Virus record (IMG/VR): IMGVR_UViG_3300042934_000354
Reading direction: 5' to 3' (one strand)
DNA: 20,000 bases
DNA from: an uncultured virus (IMG/VR IMGVR_UViG_3300042934_000354)
Lineage: Duplodnaviria > Heunggongvirae > Uroviricota > Caudoviricetes
In this document: positions 6,993 through 15,231 of the stretch, one piece after another
Position numbering within the stretch: position 1 is the first letter of the stretch
Layout: every line of letters begins with the position of its first letter
Translations under genes and position numbers: made by a program
Notes under the pieces: generated by a model
Databases searched by the model: none
Seen by the model: only the letters and a program-made list of their open reading frames with translations
Told to the model about the DNA's origin: nothing

Positions 6993-7868
6993 ATGCAAGC
7001 ACTTCGCTTAGTTGGCACAAAGGACCTAGAACATGAGGACTGGCTGGAATGGCGTAAGCGCGGGATTGGTGGATCTGATGTAGCTGCGATCTGCGGACTG
7101 AGCCGGTATAAATCGGCCTTGGAAGTCTACCTGGATAAGATCGGAGAGATACCGCCGATTCCTGACAATCCAAAAATGAAGGCTGGCCGGATACTTGAGC
7201 CGGTTGTCGCGGACTGGTTTGCAGAAGAAACCGGCATCCGGGTCCAGAAGCAGAATTACATCTTCCAACATAAAGACTACCCGTTCATGCTGGCGAATAT
7301 TGACCGCTGGGTTCCCGGGGAGAATGCGGGGCTTGAGATTAAAAATACTGCTGAGTATTCGCGTAACAACTGGTTTGATGGGCAAACCGAGATCATTCCC
7401 ACGGAGTATCAGCTACAGGCTAACCACTATATGGCGGTGACCGGTGCGGACAAATGGTATGTGGCCGTGCTGATCGGCGGTTGGGACTTTCAGTGGCGGG
7501 TGATCGAGCGTGACGACAACCTGATCAAGAACCTTATCACCATTGAAGAAAACTTTTGGACACAGCATGTTACGGCCGGAGTACTTCCGGAAGTTAAGGC
7601 TCAGGACACGGATCTGATGAACTATATGTACCCTGCCAGCGCCCCTACAAGCGTCAACATCAGCGAGGCATACTACGAACTCATTAAGAGACTCATAGAC
7701 ACGAAACAGGCCTTAAAACAGGCCGAGGAAGCCCATGAAGATGTGAAGAACAAAGTTAAAAACCTTATGGGCGAAAACGAACTGGCTTTATGGCAGGGCG
7801 AAAAGTTCTGTTCTTGGAAAACAAATGCACGCGGCAGTCGCGTATTCAAAATAATCGGAGGTCTATAA
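6993..7868 (+). CDS. yqaJ: YqaJ-like viral recombinase exonuclease (lambda Exo family)
   Basis: WLEWRKRGIGGSDVAAICGLSRYKS, MLANIDR, GLEIKN, YQLQANHYMAVTG. Confidence 0.95.
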   Translation: MQALRLVGTKDLEHEDWLEWRKRGIGGSDVAAICGLSRYKSALEVYLDKIGEIPPIPDNPKMKAGRILEPVVADWFAEETGIRVQKQNYIFQHKDYPFMLANIDRWVPGENAGLEIKNTAEYSRNNWFDGQTEIIPTEYQLQANHYMAVTGADKWYVAVLIGGWDFQWRVIERDDNLIKNLITIEENFWTQHVTAGVLPEVKAQDTDLMNYMYPASAPTSVNISEAYYELIKRLIDTKQALKQAEEAHEDVKNKVKNLMGENELALWQGEKFCSWKTNARGSRVFKIIGGL

Positions 7869-7871
7869 ACC

Positions 7872-8714
7872 ATGAATATGAAAGCACCCACTAACCAAAA
7901 CGCACTAGCAGGAGCATTGACCGGAATTGCTACAGCACCAGCAACCAGAGGCAAAACCATCAATGACCTGTTTGAGCAGATGAAGCCAGCGATTGCACAA
8001 GCCATCCCGAAACACCTCACTCCTGACCGTCTCCTACGTATTGCAACAACCAGCATACGGACTAACCCCAAACTGAAGGTATGCACGCCCGAGAGCCTTC
8101 TAGGAGCTGTAATGCAGTGTGCGCAGCTGGGACTTGAGCCTTCCATCCTTGGTCATGCTTACCTCATTCCATATAAGAATAAAGGCGTGGACGAATGCCA
8201 GTTTCAGATTGGTTACAAAGGCCTGATAGAGCTTGCCCGGCGCACCGGACAGATCAGCAGCATCATGGCCCAGGCAGTCCACCAGAATGATGAATTTGAG
8301 TACGAATATGGTATCAACGAAAAGCTGCGGCACGTTCCGGCAGACGGTGAGCGCGGCCCCGTAGTGAAATATTACTCTTACGCCAAGTTCAAAGACGGCG
8401 GCTACTCCTTCATGGTCATGAGTCGCCAGGATATCATGATCCACCGCGATAAATTCAGCAAGGCCAAGACTTACGGCCCATGGGTTGACCACTTTGACGA
8501 GATGGCGAAGAAGACCGTGCTTAAGGCGCTAATGAAATATATGCCGATCAGCGTAGAGTTCCAGCGTGCCGTGGATCAGGACGAAACAACCAAACATTTC
8601 GAGTCCGGGACTGATGATATGAGCGAGATTGTGGATGTAACAGATTGGGCAGAAGCTCCCGGTGAAGTAACAGAAGTCAGTGAAGATCCGAATCAGGCTG
8701 CACTCGAAATCTAA
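7872..8714 (+). CDS. recT: RecT single-strand annealing protein
   Basis: SLLGAVMQCAQLGLEP..LGHAYLIPY, FQIGYKGLIELARRTG, PWVDHFDEMAKKTVLK. Confidence 0.96.
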   Translation: MNMKAPTNQNALAGALTGIATAPATRGKTINDLFEQMKPAIAQAIPKHLTPDRLLRIATTSIRTNPKLKVCTPESLLGAVMQCAQLGLEPSILGHAYLIPYKNKGVDECQFQIGYKGLIELARRTGQISSIMAQAVHQNDEFEYEYGINEKLRHVPADGERGPVVKYYSYAKFKDGGYSFMVMSRQDIMIHRDKFSKAKTYGPWVDHFDEMAKKTVLKALMKYMPISVEFQRAVDQDETTKHFESGTDDMSEIVDVTDWAEAPGEVTEVSEDPNQAALEI

Positions 8715-8728
8715 TCGGAGGTGTGACC

Positions 8729-9100
8729 ATGCAAAAGAAGAAGAAAAAGGAAGTATCGGCGTGGAAAAAGGACATTCTCAAGCACCATAAAAAGAGTAAG
8801 ACCCGTTCACAGCGTGCAGAGTTTCCCCTGTGGGTAGTCGGTGAACTAATTGCTGAGTCCGGTGGTCTTTGCCAAGTCTGCTTCGTCAGCCGCGGAACTC
8901 AAACACATCACATCATGCCCCGGAGCGGATCCGGCCGGGGCGTTAAAGAGAACGGACTTCGTGTCTGCAATTACTGCCACAAGGTGATCCATGAGAAGAA
9001 CTCTGTGCTGAACAAATACATTGAGCTGCAGCGTGAGAAGTACGGAGAAAACTTTTGGTTCGATGAACTTGATCGAATCCAGTACAAGGAGGAAGCCTGA
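8729..9100 (+). CDS. HNH endonuclease
   Basis: CQVC...THHIMPRSGSGRG..ENGLRVCNYCHKVIH. ATG at 8729 after GGAGGT. Confidence 0.88.
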   Translation: MQKKKKKEVSAWKKDILKHHKKSKTRSQRAEFPLWVVGELIAESGGLCQVCFVSRGTQTHHIMPRSGSGRGVKENGLRVCNYCHKVIHEKNSVLNKYIELQREKYGENFWFDELDRIQYKEEA

Positions 9101-9321
9101 TGTTCAAACGTTTCTTGGCATCATTATCCGGCACTCTCACAGACGAGCTAGAACAGGCCAAACAGGCGTCATTCATCGACTTGGTAGTTTTACTGGAGCG
9201 TAAGCTCAAACGATCCTTAGGGGCAAACGAGCTTCGCGTGGTATGGAGCATGGATGATATTCAGACGGAAGTTATTACAAATCTACTGAAAGAGGCGAAA
9301 ATTAATGAGCAGAGAAATTAA
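9100..9321 (+). CDS. Hypothetical protein
   Basis: RBS AAGGAGG, TGATG coupling to the HNH gene. Confidence 0.7.
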   Translation: MFKRFLASLSGTLTDELEQAKQASFIDLVVLLERKLKRSLGANELRVVWSMDDIQTEVITNLLKEAKINEQRN

Positions 9322-9730
9322 ATTCCGCGTTTGGGATAACGAAAATAAAAGTTTCTTCAGAGATACAAATAGGGCGTACGAGAATGTAATAGAGCAATTG
9401 GTTATATCACCTGCCGGAGACATCAACCTTCGCAAAATGGATGGGATGTACCATGAATCAATGTTCCCAGGACGGTTTGTTTTGCAACAATACACTGGAT
9501 TAAAAGACAAAAATGGAATGGATATTTATGAAGGTGACATCATTCGGCACGAAGACTTCTCTATTGGCTGCACAGTCGATTTGAACATCACAGGTGTTGT
9601 GAAAATGGTAGACGGTTCATGGTGTGTGGAGCGTGGAGATAACGGTGATTACCTGTTTACCGAAACAGGAACGAATGAAGTATTAGGTTCAATCCACGAA
9701 AATCCAGAACTGCTGGAGGTCACCCCATGA
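9305..9730 (+). CDS. YopX family protein
   Basis: MSREIKFRVWD, QYTGLKDKNGMDIYEGDII, EVLGSIHENPELL. Confidence 0.95.
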   Translation: MSREIKFRVWDNENKSFFRDTNRAYENVIEQLVISPAGDINLRKMDGMYHESMFPGRFVLQQYTGLKDKNGMDIYEGDIIRHEDFSIGCTVDLNITGVVKMVDGSWCVERGDNGDYLFTETGTNEVLGSIHENPELLEVTP

Positions 9731-9867
9731 AACAACTCGTAACCCGTGACCAGCACGGAACCATATGCACCGTGCGTGAAGAGACGCTGCCCACCTTAAA
9801 CGACATGCTGATTCGTATATGTGTGTCTATCTTACTCTTGGCGGCATCATTGGCGGTGCTGATATGA
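9727..9867 (+). CDS. 46-aa protein with C-terminal TM helix (not in ORF track)
   Basis: ATGA overlaps at both ends, RBS GGAGGT. Ends ...MLIRICVSILLLAASLAVLI. Confidence 0.7.
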   Translation: MKQLVTRDQHGTICTVREETLPTLNDMLIRICVSILLLAASLAVLI

Positions 9868-10085
9868 CCCGCAAGGAAACGCTGCTGAATCTGGATGAAC
9901 TACTCAAGGTTTGCAGCAGCTGCACTAAGAAGAAAACAGCCGGATACCTATCTACCCAACACAACCGGTTCCAGCACTATTGCCACAATACATGTAAGAC
10001 AGGAAAGAAGCTGCAAAGTATCGCAGATGACCTGGACGCAGAAGTCCGGGCGCGGAGGAAGCAAAAGAAAGGGATGAGCGCATGA
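9864..10085 (+). CDS. Zinc-finger protein (zf-C2HCIx2C-like)
   Basis: CSSC...HYCHNTCKTGKKLQSI. ATGA-coupled start at 9864. Confidence 0.75.
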   Translation: MTRKETLLNLDELLKVCSSCTKKKTAGYLSTQHNRFQHYCHNTCKTGKKLQSIADDLDAEVRARRKQKKGMSA

Positions 10086-10297
10086 CTACCGGAACGCGCG
10101 TTACCGCAAAAACCTTCTGGGTATGGACGGAGACAGCAGCCGCAGCGAATCCCTGCCGGATCCCGGGCGCTCCGGTGCAGCAGCAATTCTTCAACTACGG
10201 CAGTTCTGCCCCGGCCGGTTGGCTGGAGCGTGAGTACATCGTTGATGCAGAAGATTATGAGGGACAAGTTGATTTATTCGGGGTGGTGAGCGCATGA
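10082..10297 (+). CDS. Hypothetical protein with C-terminal QVDLF motif
   Basis: ATGA coupling on both sides, 71 aa. Confidence 0.7.
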   Translation: MTTGTRVTAKTFWVWTETAAAANPCRIPGAPVQQQFFNYGSSAPAGWLEREYIVDAEDYEGQVDLFGVVSA

Positions 10298-10488
10298 GCA
10301 GAAGAAGTCAATTAATCGCAGACATCTCCGTTATGAAACGGGAAATCGAAGTATACGAAAACTGTTTGCTATACGCAACGAAATACAGCGTGTTAGGAGA
10401 TATCGAATACTACGGCGAGTTGAGGAATCACATAACCCGCCGTATCGAAAAAGCCGAGGCTGAGCTGCAGCAGTTAAAGAGTGCTTAG
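10294..10488 (+). CDS. Hypothetical helical protein
   Basis: ATGA coupling, RBS GGTGGTG, 64 aa. Confidence 0.7.
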   Translation: MSRRSQLIADISVMKREIEVYENCLLYATKYSVLGDIEYYGELRNHITRRIEKAEAELQQLKSA

Positions 10489-10718
10489 TCCGGGATGTAT
10501 TCCAGAAGATCCCCTACGTTGCAATCAAAATGCTCACAAAGCTTATTGAGAGTTTCATAGTCAATTCTCTTATTCTTTTCATCCCAGATATTGGTGAGGG
10601 TGCGCCGGTCCAATTCCGTCACCCTTGCCAACTCAGATATATTTCTAACTTTATGCTTCAACATTTGTTCGTGGAGTTTGCTTTTAATCACATTATTCAC
10701 CAGCCATTTTATAGTCAT
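10485..10718 (-). CDS. Cro/C1-type HTH regulator (HTH_26/YozG-like)
   Basis: ISELARVTELDRRTLTNIWDEKNKRIDYETLNKLCEHFDCNVGDLLEY. Confidence 0.9.
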   Translation of the reverse strand: MTIKWLVNNVIKSKLHEQMLKHKVRNISELARVTELDRRTLTNIWDEKNKRIDYETLNKLCEHFDCNVGDLLEYIPD

Positions 10719-10784
10719 AACCTATTTCTATCATATACATCATGCCCATAAAGTAAATGATTCAGAACATTATGTACAAGTAGA

Positions 10785-10813
10785 TGTACAAATTGCGTAA
10801 CTTATAGTAAGAT
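10785..10813 (+). promoter_or_regulatory. Putative promoter of the replication operon with GTACAA repeats
   Basis: TGTACA-17bp-TAAGAT. ATGTACAA at 10772 and 10784, AGTACAA at 10815. Confidence 0.45.
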
Positions 10814-10834
10814 AAGTACAAAGAGGTGATAACA

Positions 10835-11005
10835 ATGTTAGTAGACGCAAAAGACATTCAAAAGAAGTACAAGATCAGCAGACCCACCGTCTACGAGCTG
10901 ATTAAAGAAGGTATGCCGCACATTCGAATCTCTGAACGGATACTGCGGTTTGATCCAGACGAAGTTATGCGGTGGTTTGAGGAACGTCAAACCAAGGCGG
11001 TGTAA
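10835..11005 (+). CDS. AlpA/excisionase-like HTH_17 DNA-binding protein, 56 aa (not in ORF track)
   Basis: RBS AGAGGTGA, MLVDAKDIQKKYKISRPTVYELIKEGMPHIRISERILRFDPDEVMRWFEERQTKAV. Confidence 0.85.
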   Translation: MLVDAKDIQKKYKISRPTVYELIKEGMPHIRISERILRFDPDEVMRWFEERQTKAV

Positions 11006-11007
11006 TC

Positions 11008-11823
11008 ATGGCAAAAAAGGCTCCATTCTTTTCGCACGATATGAACGCCAGACATGACCCGAAAATATCAGCAATGCGCGGCGTATATGGTGCCGAAGGG
11101 TATGGGTGGTTCTGGATGCTAAATGAACTCATGGCCGAATCAGACGGGTATCAACTGGATTGTAAGAGCAAGTACGCATTCAATGCTTATGCAATGCAAT
11201 TGCAATGCAAATCAGATATTTTGCAGAAATTTGTATCGGATTGCATTGAAGAATTCGAACTGTATGCAACGGACGGAATCACATTTTGGTCTAATTCCCT
11301 TCGAAAAAGGATGCAATATCGGGACGCTGTATCAGAAAAACGGTCCGAAGCAGCTAATAAACGATGGGAAAAGAAGCAATCAGATGCAAATGCATCTAAA
11401 AGTGATGCAAATGCAATGCAAAAAAATGCAAACAAAACAAAACAAAACAAAACAAAACTAGAACCTGAAATTCCTGACACAAATTATCGTCAACAGGTGC
11501 TGGAATGGATCAATAAATACGAACTGAAATGCAAGGGAGTTTTACAACTAGAGGAAATTACATCATTCATCGGAACAGTTGATATCGAAGTAATAGAATA
11601 TGCCATTAAGAAGGCTGAAAAGAAAAACGCTCCATATGCCAAAAGAGTACTTGAAGAACTGGTTGAAGAAGGTAAGACCACAAAAGAATCAATCAAGTCG
11701 GCACAAGTCGTGAAGTTGGAAAGAGAAAAGCAATCATCTTCATACCAAGATCATGTGATGAAGCTGCAAGAAGAAATGAGGAACCGCAATGAATATACCG
11801 ATGGAGACATTGTTAACCTCTGA
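11008..11823 (+). CDS. Phage replication initiator (DUF4373/Lin1244-like N-terminal domain)
   Basis: FFSHDMNARHDPKISAMRGVYGAEGYGWFWMLNE, low-complexity iteron linker, directly upstream of the helicase. Confidence 0.85.
   Translation: MAKKAPFFSHDMNARHDPKISAMRGVYGAEGYGWFWMLNELMAESDGYQLDCKSKYAFNAYAMQLQCKSDILQKFVSDCIEEFELYATDGITFWSNSLRKRMQYRDAVSEKRSEAANKRWEKKQSDANASKSDANAMQKNANKTKQNKTKLEPEIPDTNYRQQVLEWINKYELKCKGVLQLEEITSFIGTVDIEVIEYAIKKAEKKNAPYAKRVLEELVEEGKTTKESIKSAQVVKLEREKQSSSYQDHVMKLQEEMRNRNEYTDGDIVNL
11382..11458. repeat. Iterons and A-rich microsatellite: probable replication origin
   Basis: ATGCAAA at 11384, 11405 and 11426 (21-bp phase), palindrome AGATGCA-AA-TGCATCT, (CAAAA)x5 at 11433-11457. 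Confidence 0.75.
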
Positions 11824-13093
11824 ACAGAGCATACAGGCTGAGCGAGGGATCATATCGGTAGTGCTACAGGGTGGAAAGGTATTGGACGAACTAGCCGGAC
11901 ACTTACACCCGGAAGACTTCCAAGAGATCGCATTCCGGCACATTTACGAGGCAGCCTTATCCCTTTATTCCAAGAATGAACCGGTTGACATTATCACCGT
12001 AAGCGCGAAACTCCAACAGGCAAAGGTGCTGGAGGAGATCGGCGGAGTAACTAACCTATCACGGATAGCAAAATCCGAATTCACCGGAGGATACACGAAT
12101 CATTATGTAAAGATCATCAAGCGCCAGTCGATCCGAGTTAAGGGGATGATGTTGGCCGGAGATATCCAAGCCATTACCACCGAGGATGATTTCGAAACAC
12201 CGGAAGAATACCTGCAGCTGCTGGACACCATGTTCACCCAAATGCGGCCGGAGTTAAAAGGTGCAATGAAGTCTTTCTCTGACACAGAAGAATCGTTTAT
12301 CGAGTCATTGTTGACTAAGGAATCGTTGATAAAAACTGGGTTTGAGAACTTCGACACATGGTCAGGAGGAGTCGGCAGAGGATGGCTATACATACTAGCC
12401 GGCCGGCCGAGCATTGGAAAAACAGCAAGGGCCATGCAGATGGCGACCAATATGGCGCGGCAGGATGCCGGGGATGTACTGGTGTACTCACTGGAAATGA
12501 CCAGCAATCAGCTAAAGGAACGAATCATGTCAAACATCACAGGAATCAATTACGCCAAGATACGGCAGAAAGACCTCAGTGAATTCGAATTTAACCTAAT
12601 CAAGAAGGCGCACACCATGTTCAACCAGTATCCGATGATGATTGATGACAGCTCAGGAGTTACTTTCGACCAAGTCAGGGCAACGGCCCGTCAGATTCAT
12701 CGCCAAAAAGGCAGAGTCGGAGCAATATTCGTGGACTACTTAACCCGGATGAACATCAAGCAGCAGAAGGGTGAGACCTGGAGCCGCGCAGTAGGTGAAG
12801 TAGCTAAACGCTTCAAATGGCTGGCACAGGAGTTGGATTGTCCGGTAATCCTTCTAGCACAACTTAGCCGGGAAGGGGCAGAGGGAGCGCCGCAGTTGCA
12901 TCACCTGCGAGATTCCGGGGAGATTGAGCAAGAGGCCGACACTGTTGAATTCCTTTGGCAAGATCCAGACGAAACAAGCCGGGATGGGGTAATCGTTCAG
13001 TCCACCATTGCGAAGGGTCGGCACACGGGAACGAAGGCTTTCAAGTACCTGTTCAAAGGATGGGTGCAGAAATATGAGGACTATAACCATTAG
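11789..13093 (+). CDS. dnaB: Replicative DNA helicase, DnaB family
   Basis: Walker A LAGRPSIGKT, YSLEM, IFVDYL, LAQLSR, LRDSGEIEQEAD, IAKGRH. Confidence 0.96.
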   Translation: MNIPMETLLTSEQSIQAERGIISVVLQGGKVLDELAGHLHPEDFQEIAFRHIYEAALSLYSKNEPVDIITVSAKLQQAKVLEEIGGVTNLSRIAKSEFTGGYTNHYVKIIKRQSIRVKGMMLAGDIQAITTEDDFETPEEYLQLLDTMFTQMRPELKGAMKSFSDTEESFIESLLTKESLIKTGFENFDTWSGGVGRGWLYILAGRPSIGKTARAMQMATNMARQDAGDVLVYSLEMTSNQLKERIMSNITGINYAKIRQKDLSEFEFNLIKKAHTMFNQYPMMIDDSSGVTFDQVRATARQIHRQKGRVGAIFVDYLTRMNIKQQKGETWSRAVGEVAKRFKWLAQELDCPVILLAQLSREGAEGAPQLHHLRDSGEIEQEADTVEFLWQDPDETSRDGVIVQSTIAKGRHTGTKAFKYLFKGWVQKYEDYNH

Positions 13094-13104
13094 GAGGGAT
13101 GAAC

Positions 13105-13275
13105 ATGCAAAGCAGATGGGATGTATACGAATACCTGAAAAAGTACGGATTGCCTGACCACCTATTGCCGAGAGTACAGCAGTTGGAACCAATATTCCCG
13201 GAAATTGAGCGAGAAGAGATTGAGGAAGGAATAGAAGAATACAAGGCTGCAAGGTGGCTGAAAAAAGGCGCATAG
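13105..13275 (+). CDS. 56-aa hypothetical protein (not in ORF track)
   Basis: RBS AGGAGGG, MQSRWDVYEYLKKYGLPDHLLPRVQQLEPIFPEIEREEIEEGIEEYKAARWLKKGA. Confidence 0.7.
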   Translation: MQSRWDVYEYLKKYGLPDHLLPRVQQLEPIFPEIEREEIEEGIEEYKAARWLKKGA

Positions 13276-13315
13276 CAAGAGTGAGCCGGCTTAAATAAGA
13301 GAGGATGGATGAACA

Positions 13316-13612
13316 GTGAGCAATATTAAAATTTCAGTATTTGGTGGAACAATGAATTACCCTGCTATGAAAAAGGAACTAAGTGAAAAAGATTATGCTG
13401 GCGGCAAGGTTTCCTGTTGGATTGACCTCATAAAACAAAATCTTCGTCCTACAAGATGGTTAAGACCAACAAAAAATGGTACAAAAGTTAACTTCGATTT
13501 GATATCAACGAAAAATGAAATGTCAGCTGCGTTGGATGAATTAGAATCATACGTCAAGACAATTAACAGAGAACATGGTTTTGATTATGAAATTAATCGT
13601 GGTGAATATTGA
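13316..13612 (+). CDS. Hypothetical protein
   Basis: GTG start after GAGAGGA, 98 aa, AT-rich. Confidence 0.7.
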   Translation: MSNIKISVFGGTMNYPAMKKELSEKDYAGGKVSCWIDLIKQNLRPTRWLRPTKNGTKVNFDLISTKNEMSAALDELESYVKTINREHGFDYEINRGEY

Positions 13613-13614
13613 TC

Positions 13615-13749
13615 ATGAAACAACCCATAGACGACTACGACCTATACGACCAAGACTTCGCCTTATGGTGGCGCAAGGGCCTAGAATCCTTCGGGATGGA
13701 CACCAGTGTGGTGGATGAATGGGAACGTGATCAGGCTGAGGCAGCATAA
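13615..13749 (+). CDS. 44-aa acidic hypothetical protein (not in ORF track)
   Basis: MKQPIDDYDLYDQDFALWWRKGLESFGMDTSVVDEWERDQAEAA. Fills the intergenic gap exactly. Confidence 0.6.
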   Translation: MKQPIDDYDLYDQDFALWWRKGLESFGMDTSVVDEWERDQAEAA

Positions 13750-13766
13750 CAAGGGAGGAAACAGGG

Positions 13767-14612
13767 ATGAGCGAGACAATTCATGTAGGACTATATGGCG
13801 GCAAGGGGCTATTTGGCGGGAAAGAGACTCCGTTGGAAGCCAGCATAATCAATTGTGATAAACACGAAGAGTGCTCTTACTATAAATCCGGAACTTGTTT
13901 GACTGTTCGTGCACCATTTGGTGGAAGTTGCAAGTTTGGCAGAGAGAATTCTGTCACGGGATACACCAGTCGAGCGAAAAAATACGGAGAGTTTCGGAGC
14001 CAATGGGAAAATCATGAAATGTACGGGAAGCTTAAATCACCGCCAAGGAAATTAGGGGTTATTGGAGATTATGTCGTCTATCCGTACCCATTTATTTCGA
14101 TCAAGGTCGAGGAAGAAAATGTATCCATTTCAAACCCCGGATTTTTCAATGATAAAAATGCATTCATACCAATGAAATTATTCAATGTTAATCTAATCCA
14201 CAGATTGTGCACGTTCCAGCCGCAGGCATTAATGGGGGGAACTATCGACCAGTATCAGAAGAAAGAAGTTCCATTATTCCTAGCACACCTCAAAGAAGTT
14301 TTACCAGAATTGTACGCTGAATTTACAGCAGCACATCCAGTATATCGGGAGATTGACTATGTGGGACGCAAGGCGCTGCTGAAGACGGTCGCTCCTTCGA
14401 AAGTGAAATATGAGAGCAGGCAGTATCCACAGTTCAATAATGAATGGGAATGGACAGGAGACCATCTGGTGTATAAGAAAGGATTCGTCAGTGATTTTAA
14501 TATCACCAAAGGATATTCCGTAGCAAGTATCGTTTTAGAGCCGGGAGAAGCATCCACAATCACGATCACAAGCAATGAGCAGGTCACAGAGGACACGGTG
14601 TTCGTTGATTGA
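13767..14612 (+). CDS. Hypothetical protein with N-terminal four-Cys cluster
   Basis: RBS AAGGGAGG, 281 aa, CDKHEEC...GTC...GSC. Confidence 0.85.
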   Translation: MSETIHVGLYGGKGLFGGKETPLEASIINCDKHEECSYYKSGTCLTVRAPFGGSCKFGRENSVTGYTSRAKKYGEFRSQWENHEMYGKLKSPPRKLGVIGDYVVYPYPFISIKVEEENVSISNPGFFNDKNAFIPMKLFNVNLIHRLCTFQPQALMGGTIDQYQKKEVPLFLAHLKEVLPELYAEFTAAHPVYREIDYVGRKALLKTVAPSKVKYESRQYPQFNNEWEWTGDHLVYKKGFVSDFNITKGYSVASIVLEPGEASTITITSNEQVTEDTVFVD

Positions 14613-14669
14613 TGGTCTGGGAAGGTATGATCGATCAAGCGCTTTACGGGGCACACAGAAGGTGAGAGG

Positions 14670-14966
14670 GTGAAGGGAATGAAAGGATCAGACATTCAAG
14701 TAGGAAAGTTATACAGCAATGGAAAGGGACAGATTAGAAAAATTGTAGCGATATCAAGAAATATGCACGATGGATACGGATGCATATATCCAAAAGGAGT
14801 AAAGTATAACGTTTTGATTGGTGGGGTTGAAACGGGACTATCAAAAGTAGTTGGTTTTGGCTGGTTCGCACAATGGGCGAAGAAAGAGGTTTTGCCGGAG
14901 GACATCGAGTCGTCCGAAATCACCCAGGCGCAAGCCGGGGGCCGTACCGGGGGTTCCTATGAATAA
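14670..14966 (+). CDS. Hypothetical protein
   Basis: 98 aa with purine-rich RBS. The C-terminal tail runs through repeat element R1. Confidence 0.7.
   Translation: MKGMKGSDIQVGKLYSNGKGQIRKIVAISRNMHDGYGCIYPKGVKYNVLIGGVETGLSKVVGFGWFAQWAKKEVLPEDIESSEITQAQAGGRTGGSYE
14893..14946 (+). repeat. Dispersed structured element R1
   Basis: TGCCGGAGGACATCGAGTCGTCCGAAATCACCCAGGCGCAAGCCGGGGGCCGTA, homologous to R2-R4. Confidence 0.75.
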
Positions 14967-15228
14967 ACTAACAGAGATCAAAGAAGCGCACAAAGAAATG
15001 AAAAACTTGCGAGACCAGTACGTTCAAGCAGATGAATATTACAACGATGTTTCCTACCTAATTTCTCTCCTAGAAGAAAAGGACAAAGCCCTATCTTTCT
15101 ACGCAGACGAGAAAAACCACGATTGGAAATTGAACGAATACCGTAATGTGGAACCAACCAAAGTAATGCTTGATGGCGGGGGAATCGCAAGAGCTGCTTT
15201 GACATCCTCTAACAACGAAGGAGAGTAA
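14959..15228 (+). CDS. Hypothetical protein
   Basis: ATG at 14959, 89 aa. Ends ...ALSFYAD...DGGGIARAAL. Confidence 0.7.
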   Translation: MNKLTEIKEAHKEMKNLRDQYVQADEYYNDVSYLISLLEEKDKALSFYADEKNHDWKLNEYRNVEPTKVMLDGGGIARAALTSSNNEGE

Positions 15229-15231
15229 ACC

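Noticed and set aside
10765..10777. GAACATTATGTAC as an SOS box
   Set aside because: Spacing is N5 rather than N4, and the right half is mismatched.
10835..11005. HTH_17 protein as the excisionase for this integrase
   Set aside because: Xis/AlpA-type proteins typically serve tyrosine integrases. Its position next to the initiator suggests a transcriptional role.
11789..13093. Intein or intron in DnaB
   Set aside because: Length of 434 aa is normal and the motifs are contiguous.
13615..13749. LYDQDFALW as a DUF29 protein
   Set aside because: Only a short motif resemblance in a 44-aa ORF, far shorter than that family.
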